DNA of 64,000 bases, from contig NC_043010.1 in assembly GCF_006345805.1 (NCBI RefSeq), forward strand, positions 22,320,001 through 22,384,000, written 5' to 3'. Numbering within the stretch: the first letter of the stretch is position 1; each line of letters opens with the position of its first letter. Shown here one piece after another: positions 38,790 to 52,911 of this stretch. The stretch comes from Octopus sinensis (taxonomy: Eukaryota). The translations under genes were made by a program, and so were the position numbers. Below the pieces are notes generated by a model. That model was given only the letters and a program-made list of their open reading frames with translations. It had not been told where the DNA came from and did not search any database.

Positions 38790-41338
38790 AGAGTACTGGC
38801 GGAATCATTAGGCACCCGACAAAATGTTTAGGCGATATTTCTTCTGGCTCTCTAACCTCTGAATTCAATTACCAATGAGATCGACTTTGTCTTTCTTTCT
38901 TTTGGGGTCGACGAGTTAAGTACAAATTCTAGTCCAAGTCCTGGGCTCCCTCCCCAAACAATTTCAGGACTAACGGCTATATTAGAAATAATTTGGCAGT
39001 GAGGAATGCAGAGATCTGACAGAATCGCTTGCACATCGGACAAAAATGCTTAAGTGACATTGTTTCCGGTTCTCTCGGCTCTGAATTCAACTATCATTGA
39101 GGTTGACTTTGACTCTCATCTTTTTTAGGTCGATAGTATAAACACCAGTTGAGTACTGGAATTGACATAGCAAATTGACCCCTTCCCCTCAAAATTTCAA
39201 GTCTCCTGCCTATATTAGAGCGAAGTTTAGCAGCGCAATAGGGCGGAAAGCTTACATAGTAGTGAGAACATTGAGAAAAAATATATAGTGGCGTATCTTC
39301 CGATCTTTTTGCATTCTAAGTACAAATCCAGCCAAAGCAAATTTTTCATTCATTCCTCCAGGGTCACTAAAATAAGATTCCAGCCTAGTACTCGGTCGAT
39401 GGCATCGGGTAACCCTGCTCCTCTGAAACTTCCGGGTCTCTTGCGCCTAAATTGGAAACAATATCAGTCACCCATTCACTTGCACTCAGTCGTTTACGAC
39501 CACGACGAGGCTCCCATTTGATCCGATCAACGGAACAGCTTGCAAGGTAAATTCACGTGCAAGTGGATGAGAACTCCACAGACATGCATACCTTGAATGT
39601 AATTCTCAGGGAGATTCAGCGTGACACAGAGTGTGACAAGGTTCTACTCATTTTTGCCAGCTGAGTGAACTGGAGCAACGTGAAATAAAGTGTCTTGCTG
39701 AAGGACACAACCATCTGCCAGGAATCGAACTCACGACATTCAACCGAATATCATAACCAGTTAACTAATTGCTTACATATTTCTTTGCGTTCTGAGTTCA
39801 AATTCCACCGACATCAACTTTGCCTTTCAGAGTCGATACCAAAAGTACCAGTTGAACAGTGGGGTCGATGTAATCCTCCCAGAAGATTTCAGGCCTTGTG
39901 CCTATAGTAGAAATGGTTATATTATTATTTATCATTAAGGCAACGATCTGGAATTATCATTACCACTGTAGGTTAAATGCTCAGTGGAATTTCGTCCATT
40001 TTGCTATTTGATTTCTAATTCCGCCGACGTCGACTAGGGCTTTCGCTGTTTCAGAGTCGATAAAATAAAAACCAGTCAGATACTGGGGTCCATGAAACTG
40101 ACTAACCCCTCCACGAAAATATCAGGCCTTGCGCCTATAGTAGAGAGGGCTATTATTAATTTTCTGAGTGAGTGTGAGTTTTTTTCGTATCCCAAGTGCA
40201 TCCTGTAAATTACTGGGGTAAAAATCGATAAAAGAGAGACAAAGAGACAAGGCCCGAAATTTTAGGGGTGGGGGCCAGCCGATTACATCGATCCCAGGAC
40301 TTAAATTACCGTACTTAATTTATTGACCCCGAAAGGATGAAAGGCAAAGTCAACCTCGGTGGAATTTGAACTCAGAACGTAAAGACTGACGAAACAAAGA
40401 GACAAAGAGACAGCACTTTAATACCATGGATCGGGTATCTAACAGCGACAATAAGAACATTAATTATCTTTCTACATTGATTAGATGTTACAAATATTAA
40501 TTCCCAACGTAGGCACAAAACCTCAAGTTTACAGAATTGATACGGTCAATTATACCGACTCTATTGTATTACTGGATCTTATTTCAAATATTGGTTTCAA
40601 ATTTTGGTCCTAGGCCAGCATTTTGGAGGTGGGTGCAAGTCAATTATATCGACCCCATTGTCCTACTGGTATTTATTTTATCAACACCGAAAGGCTTAAA
40701 GGCAAAATTGACCTCGGTGGTTTTTCAGCTCTAAACGCAGAGACGGACGAAAAGCCGTTAAGCATTTTGCCTGGCGCAGTAATGATTTTTTAAGCTCGCC
40801 GCCTTTAACATGTTTAATATTCTTTTCTACTCTAGGCACAAGGACCGACATGTTTGGGAAGGCAGCCAGTAGATTAGATCGACCCCAGTACGCAACTGGT
40901 ACTTAATTCGTCGACCCCGGAAGGATGAAAGGCGAAGTCGACCTCGCCAGAATTTGACATCAGAACGTAAAGACAGACGAAATGCCGCTAAGCATGTCGC
41001 CCGGCATCTTAACGCTTCTGCCAGCTCGCCGCCTTAAAAAAAGAATGAAAGGCAAAGTCGACCGCGTTAGAATTTGAACTCAGGACGTTAAGACAGACGA
41101 AATACCTATTTCCTTACTACCCACAAGGGGTTAAGCACGGAGAGAACAAACAAGGACAGACAGATTAAGTCGATCATATCGACCCCAGTGCGTAACTGGT
41201 ACTTATTTAATCGATCCTGAAAGGATGAAAGGCAAAGTCGACCTCGGCGGAAGTTGAACTAAGAACGTAGAGGCAAACGAAATACCGCTAAGCATTTCGC
41301 CCGGCGTGCTAAAGTTTCTGCCAGCTCGCCATCTTAAT
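38790..41338. mobile_element. Cluster of about 9-10 SINE copies (mostly family 2, both orientations)
   Basis: Central domain or head at ~38790, 39000, 39785, 39960, 40245, 40600, 40820-41338. Confidence 0.8.
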
Positions 41339-41397
41339 TATTACAAATATTGACAAGAAACATATACATTGCACCCTATCCAATACTTTTCTATGTA

Positions 41398-42679
41398 TTG
41401 TGTTGACCGGAACGTTCGTGCCGATTTATAGTAGCTTACCTTTCGATTTATTTTAGAACATGGTTGAGTTCATAAAACAGGATTTGACTACACCTCCATT
41501 TAGAGCACAGTTTAAGCTATCTTTTCGTGGAAGAAGGTTTATGTTCCTCTAAACTGTGTTAATTCTGTAACCCTTTAAAATGGAAGATAAAAAAGTTCAT
41601 TTTCGGCACTTGATGCTTTTCTTTTTCCGTAAAGGGAAAAGTGCTTCAGAAGCAACCAAAGAAATAAGCGCAGTTTACGGTGAGGCTTCTTTATCCGAAA
41701 GAAATATACGGAAGTGGTTCCCAACGTTCCGAGCTGGAGATTGTAGCCTTATTGATAAAGAGCGATCAGGCAGACCATCCACTACAGATGATGGCCAAAT
41801 CAAGTCATTAATTGAGAATAACCCACATTGCACAACCCGAGAATTGGCAGAAAGCCTCAACCTATCAAAAATCCGTTGTTCATGAGCACCTGGTAAAGCT
41901 TGGGTACACAAATCGCTATGATGTTTGGGCACCACATGAGTTGAGTGAGAAGAACCTTTTGAATCTCATTTCCATCTGTGATTCGCTTTATAAACGGAAT
42001 GAAAACGCGCCTGTTTAAAAGCAAATTGTGACAGGTGGTGAGAAATGGATTATCTACCGAAATGTTCAGAGTAATCGATCCTGGAGTAAGCGACATGAGC
42101 CACCCATAGCCACCCCAAAAGCGGGTCTTCACCCTAAAAATGTCTTGCTTTGTGTCAGGTAGGATTGGAAAGGAATTCTGTACTATGAGCTTCTCCCATG
42201 TAACCAGACAATTAATTCTGAGAAATACTATACACAACTGGACGAGTTAAAAGCAGCAATTCAAGAGAAACATCCAGAATTGGCCAACAGGAATGGTGTT
42301 GTTTTCCAACATGATAATGCAAGACCGCATGTTTCTTTGGAAACCAGACAGAAATTGCTGCAGCTCAGCTGGGATGTGTTACTCCGCCCTCCATATTCAC
42401 CAGATATTGCTCCTTCGGATTTCCACTTATTCAGATCTCTGCAGAATAGTCTTAATGATAAAAATTTCAATTTCAATGACGTAAAAAGATACCTTGATAA
42501 ATTCTTTGCCATGAAACCCTCTCAATTCTAGGAAGAGGGTATTTTCAAGTTAAAGGAAAGATGGAGACGCATTGTGCAACAAAATGGTTCATATTTGTTT
42601 GATTATAAATGTAATGGCAAGTATTTATTGACCTTTCTCTTTCCTTTAAAAATCGGCACGAACTTTCCGGACAACCTAA
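41398..42679 (+). mobile_element. Full-length mariner (DD34D) element, inactive
   Basis: ~30-bp imperfect TIRs (ttgtgttgaccggaacgttcgtgccgattt / aaatcggcacgaactttccggacaacctaa), TA on both sides. Confidence 0.93.
41580..42605 (+). pseudogene. Frameshifted mariner transposase
   Basis: MEDKKVHFRHLMLF, RSGRP, WAPHEL, TGGEKW (TGDEKW mutated), HDNARPH, YSPDIAPSDFHLF; stops and frameshifts. Confidence 0.92.
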
Positions 42680-43769
42680 TACAAATAACAATGGAGATGC
42701 CAATGAGATGTTTTTCGCTTGCTAGAAATAGCAAGCAAATTTCTTCTTAAATTTTATTCTAACGTTTAAAGCATCTGCGCTGTACCCCGCTCTGTAAGAA
42801 AAACTATCCCAAATATCCCTCAAACAACGCCTGACCCGACAATTTAAAATAAAGAACGGATGCACTGGAGTAACATAGTTGTATATATCTCCAAAATGAT
42901 GGGATGGTCACCGATGGAATAATTTTAGACAAAATGTCTACTCGACCAGGTTTGAAAAGCGGCTTAAAAACAAACTCTACAACAGCAGCAACAAAAAACA
43001 AAAACAAAAAAAAAACTAATGGAGAATTCATATAATATTAACAAAAAATATAAAATGAAAGGAAAACCACTGTCTTGTCGCAAGACTAACTTTGCATCGA
43101 AGCTAAAATCGTTATTTCTTCAACTTTATATATATATATATATATATATGTCTGATGTACAATCTACGGACATTTTAACTCTCGTAACTATCGCTTCTGC
43201 GTTATTATACGTGGTTTCAATATGTGTTAATGTAATATTTAATGTCCTACTGTTTTGCCATTGTCCTTACGCTGATTGAATTATCGAACATGTTTCTATC
43301 CCCTGAACCGATCAGGTTTCTCTCAGGAATGCAGTTCAATGAATACTTTCTAATACGTTCACAATAAATTCATTCGACATCCAATGCCTACCGTCAACCA
43401 ATGTGTCTTCATGTTCATCCAACACAAAATCAGCGCATATTTTTTTTATTTTGGTCGTTCATGCGTGTATATATATATGTGTGCATGTGTGAAAATGTAT
43501 GTATATATGTATATATCTATGTATACATGCATATATGTAGACGTATATGTATACATACATACATGTAAGAATACATACACATATATATGTCGATGTGTAT
43601 GTATAAGAATATATATTTGTGTGTGTACGTGTATATATATATATAATATATATATAGAGAGAGAGAGAGAGAGAAAGAGAGAAAGAGAGAGCGAGCAAGG
43701 GAGAGAGACAGACGTAGATAACTCTATACATACCTATGCATATATAAACGTATATATGTATATATATAT

Positions 43770-43806
<37 letters not shown>

Positions 43807-43810
43807 TATA

Positions 43811-43853
<43 letters not shown>

Positions 43854-44154
43854 AAAAAAGCATAGATAGATATACATGTAATCTATATGAAGAGGGAGAA
43901 GCAGGAGCGAGAGATGCTCATGTGACACGAGGATGGTAACACCTGCTGGTACTTACACCATTAAACATTAACGCCGCTCTGTAAAAAGATGGCTATAAAG
44001 AGCGAGAAATCCGTGAAATTTGTTATAATCAAATTTATCTCTTCTTGTAAAGCTAGTTTAGTAGACTTTGTTAACTTTTCTTTCTATAGTTTTTTTGTCT
44101 TTGCTTATTATATTTCTTATATTTTTGATAAACTTGACTCTTGGATACTTTCAG

Positions 44155-44251
44155 GTTAATAGAAGCTTGTCATCGAAATACGCGCATTATGTCAGCTGCT
44201 AGCAATTGCTCTATTCTCATTAGAGAATCAAAAACCGAAGTTCATGCAGAG
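44155..44251 (+). CDS. Candidate internal coding exon of unidentified gene (LIEACHRNTRIMSAASNCSILIRESKTEVHAE)
   Basis: tactttcag acceptor, gag|gttagt donor, one open frame (phase 2 to 0), non-repetitive. Confidence 0.3.
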
Positions 44252-45329
44252 GTTAGTGAAGCCATTTATAATGGCACATCATCCATAAAGGTTTGCTTTC
44301 AGGCGGCACACTGAAGAATTTCGAAGAAATTTAAGGGGCTATTCTTTGAAAAATTCCAGTTGCGGTAGCGTTTGTGGTGCTTCTGTACATGTGACTGTAA
44401 GTGCGTGAAAGTGTGTGTGCACACATGTGTGTGTGTGTGAGAGAGAGAGAGCGAGAGAGAGAGACAGACAGACAGATAGACAGAGACAGAGAGAGAAAGA
44501 GAGAGAGAGAGGAAGGCTTTGGACGTGGTGTTAATTGGGCTTACCGTGACAGGTTGAGGGTTATGTATAATGGCGTTATAATTTAAAGAAATTTATCACA
44601 GCTGCTAATAGCACTAGATAATATCATTGACGCGTGCATGTATGTACATACCTACGTATGTATATATGTATGTATGTATGTATGTACGTATGTATGTATG
44701 TATGTATGTGTGTATGTATGTATGTATGTATGTATGTATGTACGTATGTATGTATGTATGTATGTGTGTATATACGTATGTATGTGTTTGAGTATGTGCA
44801 TGTATGTGTGTTTGTATGCGTGCATGTATGTATGTATGAGCTTATGTGCATGTATGAGTGTGTACATGCGTGTATGTATGAATGCATGTATGTGTGGTTA
44901 CGTATGTATGCATGTACGGATGCATGTATGTAAATGTGTATGTATGTATGCATGTATGTATGTGTGGGAATGTATGTATGCATGCATGTGTGCATGTATG
45001 TAAGCATTATGAATGCATGCATGAAGGTAGTTGGTGGGTAATTGTGTGTGTACATGCAGGCAAAATTATGGAGGCATCTGTTTAACTTTTACTTGTTTTC
45101 AGTCATTGGACGGCGGCCATGCTGGGGCACCGCCTTTAATAATTTTTTGTTGAACGATTCAAGTCCAGTGCTTAATTTTTTAAACCATGGTACTTATTCT
45201 ATCGGTCTTTTAGCCGAACAGCTAAGTTGCGTGGTTGTAAACAGACCAACACTAGCTGTCAAACGGTGGTACAGGGCAAACACACATATCTATGTACATA
45301 TATATAATATGCGTTTGTACACACACACA

Positions 45330-45390
<61 letters not shown>

Positions 45391-45396
<6 letters not shown>

Positions 45397-46157
45397 AAAA
45401 AAGCAACAAGAATGGATTAAAATCTCGGTACAATCGTTTCGTACGAGGACATCTTTAATAAGCTACAAAAAATGCAGTAAATACAGATGGCTCATACTCG
45501 TTAGACGAAAAAACATCAGAGATTCCCAAACATCAAAAGGGGTAGATACAAATGAGCGTGTAAGATTAACTGCATTGAAGAAAGTTCGATTCCTGGAGAT
45601 CCGATGAAAGGTCTTAAACTTACAGAATTTGTGCATGTCTATATATAGCTCATATTGGATTGTTAATCAAGTTATGTGAAGAAATTTCGGATACAGTCAT
45701 GCGAAATTTCTGAAAATCCGAGTAAGAAGCAAAGTGACTGTCATATCGTGTAGAGGAAAATACGAGTAAGAAGAAGCAAAGTGACTGTCATATCGTGTAG
45801 AGGAACAGATTGTTATTGAAATTTACAAGAATCACAGATAAGTTCGATTCCTGAAGATCCGTTAAAAAGTCTTGAATTTACAGAATATGTGCATGTCCCT
45901 ATAGTTCATAGTGAATTATTAATCAAGTTATGTGAAGAAATTTTGGGTACAATCATGCGAAAATATCAGGGAATCCGAATGAGAAGCAAAATGACAGTCT
46001 TATTCTGTAGAGGGGCAGATTGTTATTATCTGATGTTTTTCGGCTGACGAGTACGAGCCATCTGTATTTACTACATTTTTTGTAGCTTATTAAAGATGTC
46101 CTCGTACGAAACAATTGTACCGAGATTTTAATCCATTCTTGTTGCTTTTTTCCTATA
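45391..46157. mobile_element. 767-bp element with ~130-bp terminal inverted repeats containing hammerhead ribozymes and an internal tandem duplication
   Basis: 45391-45520 is the near reverse complement of 46029-46157; internal ~250-bp direct repeat; TA at both ends. Confidence 0.85.
46038..46125 (+). ncRNA. Canonical type-I hammerhead ribozyme
   Basis: TCGG-CTGACGA-GTACGAG...CTCGTAC-GAA-ACAATTGT-A-CCGA; all core residues present; extended stem II (CATCT/AGATG, CTACA/TGTAG); predicted GUA cleavage after 46119. Confidence 0.85.
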
Positions 46158-46273
46158 TGTAATCACCCCACTTGTCGTATGGTTAACACCATATAGATTT
46201 CCGGTGCATCCTAGTTAAGGACCATATTCATGTGAATTCATTAGCATTCACTTGAATCTCAATTACTTAAACC

Positions 46274-46314
<41 letters not shown>

Positions 46315-46514
46315 AATATAAGGATAAAAATCATGTTAATGATTGTTATCACGTAGTCAGCATCCTATAAAGATTTATAGGCAATTAATGCATTAAATTA
46401 ATAATAATATTCATATGTAAAGTTCCAGCTGGAGATTTTGGTAGTTTTTGAAGGTACCGGCACTTCAAGGATGCTGGAGAACGGTCGTTTCTGTCCGATC
46501 TCCATTGATATAAT

Positions 46515-46561
<47 letters not shown>

Positions 46562-47179
46562 GTGTGTGTGTGTGTGTGTAGAACATGAAATAAATGAGAA
46601 ATAATGAAAGCTTCTAAAATAATACATAAAGATTTACAAAACAAAAGACTTTTATATTGCAGGCGCAAAAGCAGTCAAAGATATGTGTGTTTAGTAAGAT
46701 TTAATTATTTTAAACAGCTTGGACTTTAAGCTAGCAACAGCTGCAAATCTTCAACTGTTGGTCGTAGTCGTTGAGACATATATTTACGTGGTAGTGGTGG
46801 TGGTGGTATATGTTAAGATGTATATATATATATATATCACAGTTTTAAATTCTCGAATAAATATCGCTCGAAGTGTTCGTAACAGTCCACTAATTCTGGT
46901 CTTTCATTTAGAATTCGGCAAAAAGTTAGTTTGTTATATTTCACTGACAAAGGTCACTCGTCCTGGCTCCATTGATATAAGGGGACTTCTGATGTTTTGT
47001 ACAGCGATGGATTCTATAATTGTGCACGTTATTATCTTTCGAATTTCCTACATCTTTAGATAGTGACGTGCTGAATCATTTCTCTCCAGTATCCCAATAC
47101 ATACAAAAGTTGGGAAATGTTTTTTTAAAGATTTGTCAGTAAATTCCATATATATTTGTGTTTCACTGTTACTTGCAAG

Positions 47180-47293
47180 CAAGGTCTTAGCTCAGTAATC
47201 CAGTGCTTTATAAAATCCTCTACCGTTGAAAAGTACACAGAGAGGGAAAGAGAAAAGTTTCAATGTCAGTCGTCAACGGAAAATGCTTTCCAG
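47180..47293 (+). CDS. Candidate internal coding exon (QGLSSVIQCFIKSSTVEKYTEREREKFQCQSSTENAFQ)
   Basis: 114 nt open, phase 0 to 0, cag|gtaaca donor; acceptor weak (ttgcaag). Confidence 0.28.
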
Positions 47294-47849
47294 GTAACAT
47301 TCGCACGGACATTTCACTTACATGGCTGATTATAACATTTACCATTTCGTTTCGGATTTTGCGTTTATCTGTGTTGATATCGTTTCTTGGTGACATGTAT
47401 TCTACATTAGAAGCTTCACTTCCTTGTTATAATGGGCAATAGATTAATACGTAATGTATTTCCTAACAATTTTTTTTATCTGAGATTGCGAAGAATAATT
47501 CGTATTTACATTAATGCAATTACTCGGTAGATATAAACCTACAGAGAAATTGCTGTGTATTTATTCAAATTTAAGACAGAATGATTAGTTCAGCATTTGG
47601 GGAATTATAGATTTTTTCAATGACATCTATCTAAGACAATCAAAATTATGATCAAGGACGTGATATGAATGGTGGAAATGAGGCGACATAACCTATGCGA
47701 GGCGAGAGAATCCTGCACGTTAAGTATTAAAAAGATCACCAAAGTTCACCTCGGTTATGTTTTCTCCTTCCATCAGAGTTAAATCGAATTAACTGTTGTT
47801 TAGCAAATAGCAACACACGCACGTACACACACGCACGTACACACACACA

Positions 47850-47906
<57 letters not shown>

Positions 47907-48056
47907 TGTGTGTATACAGTGTGTGGATGAAAGTGGAATAACATTAGCATACATAGCAGAGAATATGGTTCAAACTGATGGAATTTAAATTCCAATCCCT
48001 TCATCATCGATCAGGGTCTTTGCATAGAATATAAGCTCTAAGCACCCTCCTTACAG

Positions 48057-48091
48057 AGATGTTATGGAAGCAGAGAGGCAAATAAGCACAG
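48057..48091 (+). other. Candidate 35-nt exon
   Basis: ctccttacag acceptor and cag|gtatgc donor; frame ambiguous. Confidence 0.25.
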
Positions 48092-48700
48092 GTATGCTTT
48101 AGGCATATATTTACATGGAACACAATATACAGATTTACAAAGAAGACAGACCAGAGTATGAGTGTATGAATGTGTGTATATATTAATGAACATATGTGTG
48201 TTTAAGCATATGTTTCTGTGTGTGTGTGTGTGTGTGTGTATGCATTATTATTTATCGCTACAAAATGGTCGTATGTTTCAATTTCTGGGGATTTTTCGTA
48301 GAAACCTCGTAGACTGAAACTTGTGACTTCCTGTCAGGAATCATTGCAAAAGAAGACAACATACAGTCAACCTCGTCAACATTCCTTTAATTGAAACTCG
48401 CTCCTAATCCTCAAACAGCTTTTTCATACATGTTTGTGCGTGTACGTATGTGTGCTTGAGTGTACATCAATGTGTGAGTGTGTGTGTTTGTTCCAAAGAA
48501 AAGTTACGACAGTGAGTGAAGGAAAGGCTGAAAGCTTCTTTCGTAGAATTCAACAAACTTTGATAAATATCTTGCATGAAACACGTTTATGACTTTTTTA
48601 CTGGTTACTGTGTCTGTATATGTGCAAGTGTGTATATCCTGTGGATTTATGTGTATATATTTATAAATATATATATAGGTGTGTGTATATATATATACAT

Positions 48701-48740
<40 letters not shown>

Positions 48741-49217
48741 GTATATATATATACATATATACATATATGTATATATATGTGTGTGTTTGTGTGTGTGTGT
48801 TATAATTTAGAAAAAACTCCGAGTACTATAATGACAAATTCTTAACTGTTTGTTCTAAATTATAGCATATATAAATAATCATATATTTATCTAATATCTA
48901 ATATCTCATTATTTTGTTGTTAGTTTTATTATTATTATTGTTATATATATATATATATATATACACTCATAATTGTGTATGGGGTATTATTTCTCTTTGT
49001 TCCACCAAAACTTTGGTTCCGTGTTTTCTTTTGTGTGTGTTTGTGCCTATTTATGCACGTTACTGAATACATAAGATGAACGGAAACGTATTTGAGTCTT
49101 AGAAACAGCAGTGTTTCTTTTCACGTGTGGGAAAAGTGTTGAATCCCCTGACAGACTGTTTCACCGTTCGATGAACGCTCCTAACAAATGGCTTCATCCA
49201 ATTTTCCTCCCCTACAG

Positions 49218-49272
49218 AGCATACTGCTGCTAATACAAATATCATTAAGAACATTGAAGACAAAAGATATTG
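49218..49272 (+). CDS. Candidate 55-nt exon
   Basis: ttttcctcccctacag acceptor, tg|gtatga donor; two frames open. Confidence 0.28.
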
Positions 49273-50033
49273 GTATGATAAGCTCAGGTCTGTACGACTA
49301 TCACTCGAAAAGTGAGGCAAGATAACGAAAAACTGGCTAGAAATGTAAAATTCAAATGTAATCCGCCATGCGCTTTTTGGTCGTCTGCGTTGACCTTCTT
49401 GAATTCCTAAACGATACATATGCAGATTATTCTGCCCATGTTGATTACAACCACAGAAGATTTCTTTGTTTCATTACGTTTCACATGATTATAAACAAAA
49501 GCATTAAAAATAAATCCAATCGATTCTGAATTATTAAAGTTTGTGGAATGATATTTTTAGGTCACGTGAATCCTATTCCTTTTTCTCTAAAATGGCTGGT
49601 TAATCACCATAATTGTATGATTTGGTCTTAGAAAGAAGTTTCTAGTGCACTTTAACCATTTTCGAAAATAATTTGTGTTCTTGCAGTCTGGTGTCTGAAT
49701 TCATTCTAAAATAGTGAAATTAATACTTGGAAAATCAATAAAATATATAGACATCAGGTAATGATATATTTCGTCAAGTATTTTTTCTGATTAAAATTAT
49801 TAGTTTATTGAAACGATAATGATATTTGCCACTTTCAGTCCAATTATATGTGCGTGTGTACGTGTGCTGTGAGAATATGTGTCCATGTATTTGCGTGTAT
49901 AAAAGCAGGTACGTATGTACATTTGCCTGCATGTATACAAACACACATACACACACACACGCATATACGTATATATATAAGCACTCACATTTGTATGTAT
50001 GTATACATGCACATACGAATATGTGTGCATATA

Positions 50034-50075
<42 letters not shown>

Positions 50076-50216
50076 GTATGAATATACATGCATTGATTTA
50101 TGCTTCTATGTGTGTCTGTATACATACATCTATGTGTAATGTAAACGATGAGACAGAAACACGAAGGAAACACATTCAATACAGTAAATAATATATATAT
50201 TTTAGCATTTAGATTA

Positions 50217-50302
<86 letters not shown>

Positions 50303-50449
50303 GTTATTATATCATTATTTTTATTTATTATATATATACGTGCGAACGTGGTGGTGTGTTTAAGAATTAGCTTTGCAATCATGTACTTTCGAGCGCAGTC
50401 CAAGTATGCTGCACGTGAGAGAAGGGTCAGATATATATGTATGCATAGC

Positions 50450-50485
<36 letters not shown>

Positions 50486-50669
50486 CGTGTGTGTGTGTGT
50501 GTGTATGTGTGTGTGTGTATGTATATAATCCCACCCCTTCCTTTTAACTGCTACCCCCATTAAACTGTATTCCTACCTGGTTTCTCATCTCTCATCTGAT
50601 TTTTACTTCTTTCATTCACCTCCACTTTTCTTTCACACCCTTCCTTAACTTTTCTATTGTACTTTTCTT

Positions 50670-50700
50670 CTGATGAAGGACTAGTGTCCGAAACGCTGTT
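50670..50700 (+). ncRNA. Hammerhead-like core in probable PLE remnant
   Basis: CTGATGA-A-GGAC(tagt)GTCC-GAAAC; stems I and III poorly supported. Confidence 0.4.
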
Positions 50701-52094
50701 TAAAACACTTTTCATTCTCTGGCAAGAATTAAACTAATGCAACATTTGTTAAAAGTAGTCCCACTTAAATTGTCTTTTTTATTCTCGTTTATGTTTATTG
50801 TCTTCAGAATATTTTGAAATCAAACTTTATCAGTCTTTTAGAGAACAAGGGTAGACAGTGTCTCTGATACTTTTACAGAGATTTTGTGATGGATACAAAG
50901 ACGGAATGTATTCTTATCAGTAGACCTGGTTAAACAGAGAACTAAAGCGTCGGTCGACCTGGCCATTGAATAAATCAACTTACCACATTGAGATTTGGTC
51001 TCAGAACCCTCAAAAGCCGGACAGGAATACTGCAAGATCTCTGGTCCAACGTTCTTAAAATTCAGTCAAGTCAGCTAATTAAAATTCAGCTATTTTCTCT
51101 TGGTACACAATGATCTAAGTAGGATATTGGAAAGCAGAGTTGATCTCGATGGGACTTGGACTCATGGCCTAGAGAGTCAGAGCAAACACCGAAATGGTTT
51201 TCGTCTGTCGATTTTGCAGACAACTTTTATAAAATACATCCATCTGGTATGAAGCATCAACCGCTATTGATAACAGCTGATCTATGCTTATTGATCTGCA
51301 AAGAAAGTCAGAGTACGCTTTCTTTATCTAATCAAGATATACTTCACCTAATTCTACATTTCACTACTCACAGTTTTGAACTGCTAAACTTTATTATTGC
51401 ACTTCCTTAATTTGAATCTTAAACATTAAAGACTTCATTCAAACATTTCTATACATACGTACTTTTTTGAATGCCCATTACTTCGACAATTCTGCATTTT
51501 TACAGTTACACTTTTTCCATGACAGTAGATACATTTTTTATTCCACAACGTATTTGTAGTGGCTTCATGCAGACATAGCGTGGATTTGATCCTCGATGGT
51601 CAAATTTCACTTAACACTTCAACAGCGCTTTTCTCACGATAAAACAATAGCTTTTCTGTGAATGACAGAAATTATACATTCCCCAGATGCCATCGCTAAG
51701 CAGAATAATGTCGTTGCCACTTGGCCCTTCTAACCGCTTCTAGGCCACTAGGGGCTGGAATGGAGATAACAGACTTCCAACGAAATCATTTGTTCTCAAA
51801 AATATGTCTATCCTTCTGGCTGTTTTTCGATAGTTGTAAAAACAAGAACTCCGTAAGCTAAAGGCAGTTACTGAGAGCAAACATCAGTGAGTGGGAACGT
51901 TATTAAACACTTCATTCATATATTTATATACATACAATCTCTCCCTCCTCCAGCTGACAGCTTTTTTTGTACTTTTTCGTGATGGAAAATACACCTTTTG
52001 TGGCAGTTATAACGAACTTGCTTTCTTATATCAGAGCAATAAGGCGTTTGAATAGAACATCTTTACCCCCGGCAATTGCTGGGCACACCAGCTA

Positions 52095-52167
<73 letters not shown>

Positions 52168-52502
52168 TATGTGTGTGTGTGTGTGTATGTGTGTGTTTGC
52201 ATGTGTCTATATATTATTCTTCAATAACAATATTATTGAAAGTGACTAAGTAGTTTAGGCCAGCTAAGAAATCGTTAGATGATGGCTTAATGACCGAAAT
52301 TTCGAAGTCACTGGTGTTCATAGTATTCTACTTCACGATTAATAAACTTATACTCTACAGAAGTAAAGAGTAACCCATCAGATTAATGTAAAATTGCTGT
52401 TATTATTATAGCTGATTACTAAAAAGGAAACAAACATTAAAATACTCACGCGCGTGCATATCCACATACCTACACACACACACACGTACACACACACACA
52501 CA

Positions 52503-52540
<38 letters not shown>

Positions 52541-52759
52541 CGTATATATGACTATGTGTATGCACTTCAAAAGACAGACAGAGCAAAGTGAATGTTTTTT
52601 TTTTACTTTTGTTTTTAGTGTTTTTGCCTTTGGAAATATGGAAGGCCGGCTATTGACTTCCTTTGACCGAGCGAGCGTTAAATACGAAATGAGTGCTCTG
52701 TCTAGAACGTTGTTGTTCACGTGACCGCTTTTAGTTTCAACTATCACAGTTGTTGCTGC

Positions 52760-52870
52760 TGTGGTTGTGATCATCATTATAATTATCACCATCATCATCA
52801 TCATCATGACAATTGTTACTATTATTATTATTATCATTATTATATTATTATTATTATATTATTATTATTA

Positions 52871-52911
<41 letters not shown>

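Noticed and set aside
49099-49419. 106-aa minus-strand ORF with a hydrophobic segment (receptor-like)
   Set aside because: No recognisable family motif or splice sites; overlaps a plus-strand exon candidate.
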